Shown piece by piece: positions 37,511 through 47,720 of a DNA stretch of 48,644 nt. Below the pieces are notes generated by a model. It was not told the origin of the DNA and ran no database searches. It saw nothing but the letters and a program-made list of their open reading frames with translations. Position 1 is the first letter of the stretch, and each line of letters starts with the position of its first letter. This DNA comes from a virus (lineage: Duplodnaviria > Caudoviricetes). The stretch lies in IMG/VR virus record IMGVR_UViG_3300017991_000152, positions 1 to 48,644 of that record, one strand, 5' to 3'. Position numbers and translations under genes: made by a program.

Positions 37511-37802
37511 CTCGGGGTTTAGGGAAACGGAGTTGATCAAAATGGCATATATCTAAGGGTACGGGCCTATTTAGGGCAAAGTCAATGAAAAACAGCTTAC
37601 ATGGCTTTACAGGATTTTATGGGTATGATACCTGCATACCTGTAATCAATCATATCAAGTAGATAGGGATAGCGGGGTCCTCATTTGCGGACTCTATATT
37701 TTAGGCCCTATTATAAAGACAAACCAAAAATAAAGGTTAGGATTTTTTGGGGCATGGTGTAAGCTATTGGGGATACCATGCAAAGTAGGAAGGACTAACA
37801 AC

Positions 37803-37958
37803 ATGCCTGTAAAGGTTTGGAAAACAAAAACCAAATGGTGCGCCAGGTGGGGGAGCAGTGGAAAAATGTATTGTGGTGCATCCAAAGTCAAAGTTGTGAA
37901 CTTGGCTAAGAAACAAGCTAAGGCGATTTACGCGGCCGGGTACAAAAAGAAGGGATAA
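37803..37958 (+). CDS. Small basic protein (MPVKVWK...RWGSSGKMY...KQAKAIYAAGY)
   Basis: AAGGA SD; 3 nt upstream of the large structural gene. Confidence 0.65.
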   Translation: MPVKVWKTKTKWCARWGSSGKMYCGASKVKVVNLAKKQAKAIYAAGYKKKG

Positions 37959-37961
37959 GGC

Positions 37962-40900
37962 ATGGTCAAACGTTATAGACTCCCTAATAGTAACCAGGTA
38001 GACGATAGGGCACAAAAACAGCGTCTACCTGCGTATGGTGCCTTTAGAAAAAGATCTGCAAAACTTAACCGTCAATTGATGGTGCATTATCAGTTTGACA
38101 CGGGTGATATCTCAGGGTCTACGGTTGATGATGAAACGACACATAACCGAGATGGTACGCTCGTAAATAGCCCCACCACGGGCGTTGATGGGCCTGTGAG
38201 TCAGGCGGTCGAGTTTGATGGCCTAAATGAGCACCAAACAGTTCCTATTGCGGCATGGCCTGGGGCTGAGGGGTCTATTGGTTTTTGGGCGTACGTTACG
38301 GATAACACGGGCAGTGTGCGGTTATTCGGAACTGAACATTCTGATGGTAACAATTATGAGGCCCGATTTTCCTCGAGTGCTGACGGCAATGTTAGCTTTA
38401 CTATGGGAAATGGGACAACAACCAAGACGGTTACCCTTGCCGCAGGATTTGCTTACGCAACTTGGCAGCATGTTGTTGTTTCGTGGGCATGGGATGGCAC
38501 TAACACGACGATAAAGCTATATGTAAATGGTGCAATAAAAGACACTGACGCAACATTTACAACCCCGGTATCTAATCCTGACATAGGGATGGCGATTGCC
38601 AAATGGAATGTAGAATTCTTCAAGGGTCGCATTGACGACTTTAGGATTTATTCGCGGGCAATCAATGAAGATGATGTGCTTGATCTTTACGCATTAGGCA
38701 CGACAACGCTAACAACCTCTACCACGACCACGACCACGACCACAACCTACCTGTTGTCCGATCAATTTGCAGGGCACTGGACAATGGATACAGCGGATAT
38801 AACGGGCAACACGATAGAGGATCAAGGATCTGAAGGGAATGACGCAACAATGGCAAACGGACCCACTACTGGTGAAGCTGGTGTAATAAACGAATCCATC
38901 AAGTTTGACGGTACAGATGACATAGCAACCGTTTTGGACGACAGTAGTATTAACCCCGGTCCTAACGATTTTTCAATCAGTGCTTGGGTCAAATCTGATA
39001 GCGAAACGAATCAAGGGATATTAGACAAAGAAGGTGCTTACAAGTTGCGGCTAACTGCTGAGGGGTCTCTAAGTGCTATCGTGGAGCTTGATGACAGATT
39101 TTATAATCCTTATGCGGCTACTAGTGACGGTACTTATTTATATGTGGTGGATTCTGGCAACAATCGACTACTGAAATACCTGTTATCTGATTTAAGTTTT
39201 GTAGCTAAAATCGGCTCGAGCGGATCTGGGAACGATCAGTTTAGCACCCCTTATGGGATAACGACGGACAATACCTATCTATATATCGCGGATAAGGGTA
39301 ATCATCGTATTCAAAAACGGTTATGTTCTGATTTAAGTTACTCAGCTAAAATAGGGTCAAGTGGTAGTGGCGACGATCAATTTAGCGATCCACTAGGAAT
39401 AACTACTGATGGAACCTATGTTTACGTTTGTGATTCGGGTAATGATAGGATTGTCAAACGGGCCTGCTCTGATTTGTCGTATGATAGCAAACTAGGGACA
39501 ACGGGTAGTGGTAATGACCAATTTGATCAGCCGTGGGGTATTACTACTGACGATACTACCCTTTATATAATGGACAGTAATAATGATAGGGTTAAAAAAC
39601 ACCTATGCGCAGATTTGTCCTATGTGGCTGATTTGGGCAGTACTGGATCAGGCGATGATCAGTTTAGTGGTCCTGCTGAGATATGGACTGATGATACTAA
39701 CATATTTATTGCAGACCGAAACAATAACCGTATTCAAAAACGGTTGTGCTCTGATTTAAGTTATGTGGCTAAAATTGGGTCCAATGGATATGGTGACGAT
39801 AATTTTAATTATCCTAGGGGTATTTGCGGGTACGGATCGCATGTTTACGTGTTGGATACTAATAATCATCGGGTTGTAAAACGGTTGATCTCGGATTTAA
39901 GTTATGTATCTGAGATATCTTCTAGCAGATACGGATCGGGTAACAATCAGTTTAATTTACCACAAGGTAGTGCTAATGATGGGACTTATCTGTATATAAC
40001 CGACGCTGGCAACCATAGGCTCGTAAAAAGACGGTTATCAGACTTTAGCTATGTTACTTCTATTGGATCAAATGGTAGTGGGGACGATCAATTCAGCTTA
40101 CCTGCGGATATAACCTGTGATGGTATTTTTCTTTATATCGCGGATAAGGGTAATCATCGTATTCAAAAACGGTTATGTTCTGATTTAAGTTATGATTCAA
40201 AAATCGGATCAAGTGGTAGTGGTAATGATGAATTTAATGATCCTTGGGGCATCACAAACGATGGTACTTATCTTTATGTTGCTGACACAGGTAATAGTCG
40301 CATAGTAAAAAGGCTATGTTCTGATTTAAGTTATGATTCGGAAATAGGGTCTAATGGTAGTGGTAATGATGAATTTGGTAAGCCTAGAGGAATCCTACAT
40401 GATGGTACACATATCTATGTTATGGATTCCTTTAACCATCGTATCGTTAAGCGCTTAGCTTCAAATTTAAGCTATGTCTCTAAAATAGGGTCAAGTGGTA
40501 GTGGCAACGATCAATTCAGCTATCCTAGAGGCGCGTCTAGTGATGGTACTAATTTGTATGTAACCGATCAAAATAATAGTCGGATCCATAAACGTTTACT
40601 GTCTGATTTGAGTTATGTTAGCAAGGTTGGTTCGCTTGGTAATACTACCAACCAATTTAATAACCCGTGGGGCATTACTGTTGATAGTGGTTATTTGTAT
40701 ATTACGGATCTCTATAATCAACGCGTAGTAAAACTACTAGCGTCGGACCTTAGCTACTTTGATCAGCTTGGTTACAATATCGTGGTATGGTCTGACGATG
40801 CTATTTATGGGGATGGCATTTGGCACCATGTGGTTTTGGTCATTGATGTGGGGGCCACGGCAAAACTCTACATTGATGGCGTTGCGCAAACGAGTGTTGA

Positions 40901-43724
40901 TATCTCGAAATACAACAACAATGTGTCTAGCACCGATGACCTCCTGTTCGCGGTAAATGCTAATGACGAATACCTAAATGGCAACCTTGACGATATCCGT
41001 ATTTACAACCGTGCATTGAACCAAACTGAAGTAACTGCATTGAGGAATATGTGGTCACTCTACGATGGTTTAGTTGGCCACTACACCATGGACGATGTGG
41101 ATATATCGGGGACTACGCTAACGGATAGAGGTAGTGGGGGAAACGATGGAACGTTGGTTAATACACCTGGTACGGGGCAACGAGGACCTATCAATGAGGC
41201 TATACGATTTAATGGGTCGAATGAGCGGATTTCGGTACCGTTAGCAGCGTGGCCGGGAACAACGGGTTCTATTAGTCTGTGGGCAAAGCAGACAGGTACG
41301 GGTCCTGATGGTAGACTATTTGGTACGGATGAATCAAATGGTTATGAGCACCGCTTTTATTCGGGGTCAGATCCAAATTTATCCTTTACGGTGCATAATG
41401 GTGTCGGTCAATCTAATGTGTCAGATGCCACATCATTTAGTTATGGGGTTTGGCACCATATTGTTGTCACATGGTCATACGATGGCACGACTAATACCAC
41501 ACTAAAGCTTTACATAGATGGTGTCATTAAGGATACAACCGTAGTATCGGGGACTCTTGTCACTCCTGATACTGCTATGGATATTGGTTACTGGAACACA
41601 CACTATTTTGACGGTGAGATTGATGATTTCAGATTTTATAATAGAGCCCTCAGCACCGACGAAATAACCGAACTTTATGAAATGGGTTTAATTACCAATG
41701 GCCTAGTCTGTCATTATTCCATGGATGATGCTGACATTTCAGGCACTACACTGACTGATAGAGGTAGTGGGGGTAATGATGCAACACTGACAAACACACC
41801 CACCACGGGGGAAGTGGGGGTTCATAACGAAGCACTCTCGTTTGATGCATCCAATAGCGAATACATTTCGGTTCCTGTCGCTGCGTGGCCTGGTACGACT
41901 GGGTCGATGAGTCTATGGCTCAAGCTGACAGATAATACAGATAATACACGATTTTTTGGGACTTCCCACAGTTCAGGCGCTAATTCTGAACTACGATCTT
42001 ATTCGACTGAAGACGGTGATCTGAAATTTTATTTTCCGAATGGATCTGGAGTAGACTATTGCGGATCAAGTACCTCCCAAGATCTTGCTTCATATGGTGT
42101 TTGGCATCATGTGGTAGTTACCTGGGAGTATGATGGATCTGTTAATACGACGGCTACCATGTACATTGACAACAACGTAGGTGACGTTGTTATGACCTTA
42201 GCAGGGCCTGTGATAGTTCCTGATACAGCTATATGGTTATCTAGGTGGAATGCTTTATATATGAATGGATTCATCGATGATTTTCGTCTATATAACCGAG
42301 TCCTGTCTGCTTTTGAGATAGATAAGCTTTATAAGATGTATACTGCTGGTGATGGGTTAGTCTGTCATTTGTCTATGGATAGTATCGATATCTCGGGAAC
42401 AAATCTGACTGATAGGGGTAGCGGCGGAAATGACGCGACGTTGACGAACACACCAACAACTGGAGAAGACGGACCTATCAATGAGGCAGTGTTATTTGCT
42501 GCAGCCTCGAGTGAGTATATATCCATACCTGTTGCTGCATGGCCTGGTAGCACTGGATCGGCTAGTTTTTGGGCTAACGTTACAGATAACACGGGTAGTG
42601 GTCGATTATTTGGTACAGATCACAGTAGTGGCGATGATTACGAAACGAGGATATTATCATCTGATGATGGAGAATTGTATTGGTATATGGGCGATGGATC
42701 AGGTGTTCAGGCTGCGTACACACTAACAGATTTTAGCTATAGTGTTTGGCATCACGTAGTTGCAACATGGGCATGGGATGGGGCAAACACTACTATAAGA
42801 TTATACGTTGACGGTGCCGAAGTATCTAATTCGCCTAATTCCACATTAACAGGGCGCGTATCAGTACCTAATAGTGCAATATACATAGGTCGGTGGGGCT
42901 CATCCTACGTCAACGGTTCAGTTGATGACTTTCGACTGTATGATCGCGTATTGACTTTAACTGATGTTAACAGCCTCTATACTCAGTGGTCAGTAACCAA
43001 GGGCCTAATTGGCCATTACTCAATGGATGACGTGGACATATCCGGCGCGACGTTGACAGATCGTGGTAGTGGTGGAAACGACGGTACGTTAACCAATACG
43101 CCGACAACGGGGCAGCTAGGACCTATCAATCAGAGTATTAGCTTTGCAAGTGGTGCAAGTGAGTACATAAACATAGGTGATGAAGCTGATCTAGAGTTTT
43201 CTAGCGGTGATTTTAGCATGTCTTGTTGGATCAAGTGCACAAGTGCTTTAGATGGTACACCTGTAACTAACTACACTATTTTTAGTAACGAAGTTTTTGA
43301 AACGTCTGGATGGTTGGTCAGAGTACAAAATGGTGCGGTGGGTGTAGCTGGGAAAGTGGATGTAAGGACAAGTCAATCAGGTGCATCCGATACTGTCACT
43401 ACCACAAACAAAGTAATTACGTCTAAGGTGTGGAAACATGTGGTTGTGGTTGTGTCAGGGGGCAATATTTATATTTATATAAATGGATCTGCCGTTGCCA
43501 CAGATAGCGCAACGATTGACTCCCCTGACGCGGGTGCAGGTGTTGCGGGTATTGCAGGAAATGCTGCTCAGTATTTCTTAGGCAATATTGACGATATGCG
43601 TTTTTATACCCGTGCATTAACTGCTACTGAAGTATCAGAACTCTATGCTTTAGGTGACGCACCGACAACCACTACGACAACAACAACCACGACAACAACC
43701 ACAACGACAACAACCACGTTATAA
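37962..43724 (+). CDS. Large virion surface/adhesin protein: 6 LamG (ConA-like) domains, 12 NHL repeats and two poly-Thr tracts
   Basis: Six H.S/TMD...WHHVV...LY.DG...DDFR.Y.R.L units; twelve 47-aa F..P.GI..D...LY..D..N.RI repeats. Confidence 0.9.
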   Translation: MVKRYRLPNSNQVDDRAQKQRLPAYGAFRKRSAKLNRQLMVHYQFDTGDISGSTVDDETTHNRDGTLVNSPTTGVDGPVSQAVEFDGLNEHQTVPIAAWPGAEGSIGFWAYVTDNTGSVRLFGTEHSDGNNYEARFSSSADGNVSFTMGNGTTTKTVTLAAGFAYATWQHVVVSWAWDGTNTTIKLYVNGAIKDTDATFTTPVSNPDIGMAIAKWNVEFFKGRIDDFRIYSRAINEDDVLDLYALGTTTLTTSTTTTTTTTTYLLSDQFAGHWTMDTADITGNTIEDQGSEGNDATMANGPTTGEAGVINESIKFDGTDDIATVLDDSSINPGPNDFSISAWVKSDSETNQGILDKEGAYKLRLTAEGSLSAIVELDDRFYNPYAATSDGTYLYVVDSGNNRLLKYLLSDLSFVAKIGSSGSGNDQFSTPYGITTDNTYLYIADKGNHRIQKRLCSDLSYSAKIGSSGSGDDQFSDPLGITTDGTYVYVCDSGNDRIVKRACSDLSYDSKLGTTGSGNDQFDQPWGITTDDTTLYIMDSNNDRVKKHLCADLSYVADLGSTGSGDDQFSGPAEIWTDDTNIFIADRNNNRIQKRLCSDLSYVAKIGSNGYGDDNFNYPRGICGYGSHVYVLDTNNHRVVKRLISDLSYVSEISSSRYGSGNNQFNLPQGSANDGTYLYITDAGNHRLVKRRLSDFSYVTSIGSNGSGDDQFSLPADITCDGIFLYIADKGNHRIQKRLCSDLSYDSKIGSSGSGNDEFNDPWGITNDGTYLYVADTGNSRIVKRLCSDLSYDSEIGSNGSGNDEFGKPRGILHDGTHIYVMDSFNHRIVKRLASNLSYVSKIGSSGSGNDQFSYPRGASSDGTNLYVTDQNNSRIHKRLLSDLSYVSKVGSLGNTTNQFNNPWGITVDSGYLYITDLYNQRVVKLLASDLSYFDQLGYNIVVWSDDAIYGDGIWHHVVLVIDVGATAKLYIDGVAQTSVDISKYNNNVSSTDDLLFAVNANDEYLNGNLDDIRIYNRALNQTEVTALRNMWSLYDGLVGHYTMDDVDISGTTLTDRGSGGNDGTLVNTPGTGQRGPINEAIRFNGSNERISVPLAAWPGTTGSISLWAKQTGTGPDGRLFGTDESNGYEHRFYSGSDPNLSFTVHNGVGQSNVSDATSFSYGVWHHIVVTWSYDGTTNTTLKLYIDGVIKDTTVVSGTLVTPDTAMDIGYWNTHYFDGEIDDFRFYNRALSTDEITELYEMGLITNGLVCHYSMDDADISGTTLTDRGSGGNDATLTNTPTTGEVGVHNEALSFDASNSEYISVPVAAWPGTTGSMSLWLKLTDNTDNTRFFGTSHSSGANSELRSYSTEDGDLKFYFPNGSGVDYCGSSTSQDLASYGVWHHVVVTWEYDGSVNTTATMYIDNNVGDVVMTLAGPVIVPDTAIWLSRWNALYMNGFIDDFRLYNRVLSAFEIDKLYKMYTAGDGLVCHLSMDSIDISGTNLTDRGSGGNDATLTNTPTTGEDGPINEAVLFAAASSEYISIPVAAWPGSTGSASFWANVTDNTGSGRLFGTDHSSGDDYETRILSSDDGELYWYMGDGSGVQAAYTLTDFSYSVWHHVVATWAWDGANTTIRLYVDGAEVSNSPNSTLTGRVSVPNSAIYIGRWGSSYVNGSVDDFRLYDRVLTLTDVNSLYTQWSVTKGLIGHYSMDDVDISGATLTDRGSGGNDGTLTNTPTTGQLGPINQSISFASGASEYINIGDEADLEFSSGDFSMSCWIKCTSALDGTPVTNYTIFSNEVFETSGWLVRVQNGAVGVAGKVDVRTSQSGASDTVTTTNKVITSKVWKHVVVVVSGGNIYIYINGSAVATDSATIDSPDAGAGVAGIAGNAAQYFLGNIDDMRFYTRALTATEVSELYALGDAPTTTTTTTTTTTTTTTTTTL

Positions 43725-43736
43725 AGAGGGGATCCC

Positions 43737-44822
43737 ATGGATAATACCAAAGTTATCATAACAGGGGGTTGCGGTTTTATTGGGCACCACTTTGTTGAGC
43801 ATTTTTTAAGAAACACAACATGGGATATTATTGTTCTTGATAAGCTTACCTATGCTTCTAATGGTTTTGATCGGTTGAGGGATATTGAAGCATTCAATGA
43901 TCAACGTGTTAAAGTCTTCACAGTAGATTTAGCACAAGGTATTGAGCCAGATCTTATTGCTGAGATGGGTCCTGTATCTTACATCCTTCATTTAGCTGCT
44001 GAAACGCATGTAGACAATAGCATTGAGAACCCTAAAGTATTTGTGATGGCTAATGTGGTAGGTACATGTGGTATTTTAGAATACGCAAAAAGTCATATGA
44101 GGTGCTATCCTAATCAATTAAAAGCGCTCCAATACTTTTCCACCGACGAAGTGTTTGGGCCGGCGTTGATGCCGGGGCAGTGGGTAAAAGAAAATGAAGG
44201 TGCCTATGAAAATGGGGATAGTCTAAGCTTGCGCTATCTTTATCAGGAGTGGAATAGATACAATTGTACTAATCCTTATTCGGCTACAAAAGCCGGCGGG
44301 GAAGAGTTAGCGCTAGCCTACGCCAACACGTATAAAGTGCCTCTATTTATTACCCATACAATGAATTGCATAGGGGAAAGGCAACATGCAGAAAAGTTTA
44401 TCCCCACAGTGATCCGTAAAGTCATGTCGGGCGATGAAGTTTTAATCCATTCCGATGCCAAAAAGACTAACAGTGGGAGGCGTAGTTATATTCATAGTCG
44501 GAACGTAGCAAGTGGGGTGCATACCCTACTTTTCAAGCATGTCAACCGGGAAAAATATAATATTGTGGGGGAGCAGGAAATCGACAACTTGGGGCTTGCG
44601 CAATTGATCTCAGATATCATAGGCAAACCTCTAAAATACGCTCTAGTAGACTTCCACAGTTCTAGGCCTGGTCATGATTTGAGGTACGGGCTGTGTGGCA
44701 GAAAAATGGAAAGATTGGGCTGGAGGCCCCCTGTGGAGTTTACCAGGAGTTTAGAAAAGACCGTACTATGGACTCTTGATCACCCGCGGTGGTTCCAATT
44801 AGGAAAAAAGGCTGATGACTAG
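43737..44822 (+). CDS. rmlB: dTDP-glucose 4,6-dehydratase-like SDR
   Basis: TGGCGFIG, LDKLTYA, HLAAETHVDNSI, STDEVFG, PYSATKA, EKFIP, RPGHDLRY. Confidence 0.88.
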   Translation: MDNTKVIITGGCGFIGHHFVEHFLRNTTWDIIVLDKLTYASNGFDRLRDIEAFNDQRVKVFTVDLAQGIEPDLIAEMGPVSYILHLAAETHVDNSIENPKVFVMANVVGTCGILEYAKSHMRCYPNQLKALQYFSTDEVFGPALMPGQWVKENEGAYENGDSLSLRYLYQEWNRYNCTNPYSATKAGGEELALAYANTYKVPLFITHTMNCIGERQHAEKFIPTVIRKVMSGDEVLIHSDAKKTNSGRRSYIHSRNVASGVHTLLFKHVNREKYNIVGEQEIDNLGLAQLISDIIGKPLKYALVDFHSSRPGHDLRYGLCGRKMERLGWRPPVEFTRSLEKTVLWTLDHPRWFQLGKKADD

Positions 44823-45255
44823 ACGTAATGATTCTTTAGCTATTGGGCAGTTGGTGGCTTATTCATTGCTCAATAAGCCTTACATCTGGGGAGGGGATAA
44901 CCCTGCCGAAGGATTGGATTGCAGTGGGCTTGTAATTGAGATTCTAAAAAGTATGGGAGTGCTGCCCCCAAAAGGTGATTGGACTGCTCAAGGTCTCTAT
45001 GAATACTTTATGGATAGTGAAATAGATCCTAGTGAAGTAAGGGAGGGCTGCTTGATTTTTTGGCGTGGCAGTTCAGGCCGGGCAAACCATGTAGAATATG
45101 CTTTAACTCCTGATTTGTCGATAGGGGCAAGAGGGGGTAATAGCAGAGTCAAGACAATAAATGATGCCTTAAAGTATGGTGCGTTCAGTAAGATTAGACC
45201 CTGGAAATCTAGGAAAGGTAGGCGTATCAAAGCGCTTATTGATCCTTTTTTATAA
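44815..45255 (+). CDS. NlpC/P60 cysteine peptidase (endolysin or virion hydrolase)
   Basis: PYIWGG, GLDCSGLV, NHVE. Confidence 0.88.
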   Translation: MTRRNDSLAIGQLVAYSLLNKPYIWGGDNPAEGLDCSGLVIEILKSMGVLPPKGDWTAQGLYEYFMDSEIDPSEVREGCLIFWRGSSGRANHVEYALTPDLSIGARGGNSRVKTINDALKYGAFSKIRPWKSRKGRRIKALIDPFL

Positions 45256-45280
45256 CCCCTAGCCAAAAGGATGGAAACCC

Positions 45281-45430
45281 ATGGCAAAGAAAGCAAGAAA
45301 ACCGAAAGACAAAGCACGATTGGCCAGAAAAGCAGCACGTATTAAACGTAAAAAAGCTAAGGCACTCAAAGTGCAGGAACAGGCTAAGGCTAAGGCTGTA
45401 AAGAATCCGCCAACACCCCCTAAAAAATAA
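45281..45430 (+). CDS. 49-aa highly basic protein (not in the ORF track)
   Basis: MAKKARKPKDKARLARKAARIKRKKAKALKVQEQAKAKAVKNPPTPPKK; GGA SD; fills the gap before the portal gene. Confidence 0.65.
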   Translation: MAKKARKPKDKARLARKAARIKRKKAKALKVQEQAKAKAVKNPPTPPKK

Positions 45431-45477
45431 AGGGTAGACCAAAACCTATTAAACCCTTTCAAAGGAACGCAAGATAA

Positions 45478-47100
45478 ATGCCGATTTATGACCGCTATAC
45501 AATGTCTATCAGTGAGCTAGAAGCCACACATGACCTTTATGATCAATACAGGTCTTTTTGGGACTTTATGCTTGCTTCCTATGAAGGGATGCGGGCATTA
45601 GTAGCTGGGGGTTTTGCTATAAAGCGTAATGAACGTGAAAGTTATAATAATTACATGCGACGTGTCCGTGAGGCTTTTGGATTTAATTACTCTGCAAGTG
45701 TTGTAGAGATATTCAATTTCTACCTTTTCAAGTCCCCTGCAAAACGGGATATGGGTCCATTGTCAGAAGATAAACAGTGGAATGCCTTTGAAAGAGATTG
45801 TAATCTCTATGGGGATAATTTCCTAGTCTGGTTGCTCGAGAGTCAACGGTGGGCGGGTGTTCTAGGTCATGTTGGAGTCTTGGTAGATAAGAGCTCCAAG
45901 AGGTACCAGACCGCAGAGGAGGAGCTTAATGCAGGGGTTTACCCCTATGTTGCACGGTACTTTCCGCAGAACATCCTGGATTGGGAGTATAAGCGGGATG
46001 ATAACAATCGCCCTTATCTAAGTTATATCAAGGTCAGAGATGATAACGGGTATTATCGTATATGGACTTCTGAATATTGGACACGGTTTTATATCCCACA
46101 AGATCTACAAACGACTAAAACGACCACTAGGGATGTGGACACTGGCAAACTGAGGGGGGGCCTAACGATAACTACGGGTGGTGAGCAGGCTATTGAAAGT
46201 GAGGCTAATGGGGATAATCCCTTTTATGATGCATCAAGAGATCGTGGGGAGATACCTTTCGTATGGCTCTATAATGTCAAGTCCAAAACACGACCGATTG
46301 GGGTTTCGGACATTAAGGATGTGGCCTATATCGATAGGAGTATCATTACAAACCTATCTGAAGGCGAGGAGGTTATTACTTACGGGGCGTTTCCTATGAT
46401 GCGAAAGCCTATGGAGGAAATGGGGGCGGGTGCCTCAGGTGTTGGTGGCCAAGATGACGCGGGTCCTACTGCGGTACTAGAGTTTGACCCTGATAAGCCT
46501 GACTCAAAACCTGACTGGTTGGAATCTAAAGTTGCTGAACCCATTGATGCTATTTTGCGCTGGATTGAGCGTAAGGCCTCGGAGATTTACCGCACAACGA
46601 ATATTGGGGGGATGGCAGCAACTGAAATCCAAAGTCAAGCGCGATCGGGTGTGGCGCTAAAAAGTGAGTTCCAATTGCTCAATGGAAAACTAGTTAGTAA
46701 GGGTAACAATGTAGAGGAAACGGAACTGAACATTAAAAAGTATTGGTGTTTATGGCAGAACAGGCAAGACGCTATTTCAGAAATTACGGTAGAGTGGCCT
46801 GAAACGTATGATGTGGTGGACTTATCAGAAGACCTGGCTAACGCCCTAACAGCCAAAACGATCGTTAACTCTAAAACCTTCGTTAGTGCTATTCAAAAGC
46901 AGGTAGCGCGGGCTATGCTGCCTAATGCGGATAATAACTTGCTTTCGGATATTGATGGTGAGATTGACAAAGACGCGGAAAATCCAAAACCTCCCCCAAT
47001 TGATGTATCGCAAGTGTTACCTGAGAATAATCAAAACGAGGATGGCGACAATCCAGAGATGAATAAAAAAGGTAACTCCCAACCAAAGGATCAAAAATAG
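45478..47100 (+). CDS. Portal protein
   Basis: 540 aa; GEIPFVW, IGVSDI.D.A, SGVALK, acidic tail; lies between TerL and the head morphogenesis gene. Confidence 0.85.
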   Translation: MPIYDRYTMSISELEATHDLYDQYRSFWDFMLASYEGMRALVAGGFAIKRNERESYNNYMRRVREAFGFNYSASVVEIFNFYLFKSPAKRDMGPLSEDKQWNAFERDCNLYGDNFLVWLLESQRWAGVLGHVGVLVDKSSKRYQTAEEELNAGVYPYVARYFPQNILDWEYKRDDNNRPYLSYIKVRDDNGYYRIWTSEYWTRFYIPQDLQTTKTTTRDVDTGKLRGGLTITTGGEQAIESEANGDNPFYDASRDRGEIPFVWLYNVKSKTRPIGVSDIKDVAYIDRSIITNLSEGEEVITYGAFPMMRKPMEEMGAGASGVGGQDDAGPTAVLEFDPDKPDSKPDWLESKVAEPIDAILRWIERKASEIYRTTNIGGMAATEIQSQARSGVALKSEFQLLNGKLVSKGNNVEETELNIKKYWCLWQNRQDAISEITVEWPETYDVVDLSEDLANALTAKTIVNSKTFVSAIQKQVARAMLPNADNNLLSDIDGEIDKDAENPKPPPIDVSQVLPENNQNEDGDNPEMNKKGNSQPKDQK

Positions 47101-47103
47101 CAG

Positions 47104-47718
47104 ATGCCACGTATTACCCCTATGACCAAGCATACAATTCAATGCGGGAGTCCGGCACCTGCAAATGAGCGGTTTGATTTTCCCAATTGTACCTTTTTAG
47201 GTGGTGTGAGCGATCAACCGTTTACCGCATTCCATATTTGGGAAAAATTCTTTATGCGGTACCAGGCAACCATTAAACGGTTTGTTGAATTTGGGTGTGA
47301 TCAAGGCAACACAAGCGTTTACTTCGTACTATGGTGCCATCAAATGGGGGCAGATTATTACGGGTATGATAAACGTGATGTGAATCTTTATGACAATAGC
47401 CCGGTCAAGAGGCTGATTAAGCTGAAAAACAAGATGCGAATTGGTAATGGGTATAAAAAAGCTGAAGAGATAAAAGGTATCCTTAGACAAAAAGGGCAAT
47501 CGGTTATATTTACAGATTGCATTGATAAGCCCTGGGAGTTTATAACATTTGCACCAATGCTGAAGAAAGGGGATGTGCTAGCTATTCATGATTGGGATCG
47601 CGCTATTTTTGATGATTGGGTTAGCGATACTATGCGAGCTATTGAACCTTATACGCTCCTTTATGAGAAACAAAGAAAGCAATTAAGAACTCTCACGCGT
47701 TTCTTTCTAAAAGGGTAG
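47104..47718 (+). CDS. Class I SAM methyltransferase-like protein (CmcI/Methyltransf_24-like)
   Basis: FVEFGCDQGNTS, YGYD, IFTD, LKKGDVLAIHDW. Confidence 0.7.
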   Translation: MPRITPMTKHTIQCGSPAPANERFDFPNCTFLGGVSDQPFTAFHIWEKFFMRYQATIKRFVEFGCDQGNTSVYFVLWCHQMGADYYGYDKRDVNLYDNSPVKRLIKLKNKMRIGNGYKKAEEIKGILRQKGQSVIFTDCIDKPWEFITFAPMLKKGDVLAIHDWDRAIFDDWVSDTMRAIEPYTLLYEKQRKQLRTLTRFFLKG

Positions 47719-47720
47719 CT

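Noticed and set aside
39090-40775. 141-bp periodic repeats as CRISPR or a DGR template/variable pair
   Set aside because: They are coding NHL blades; there is no reverse transcriptase in the window and no adenine-specific mismatch pattern was evident
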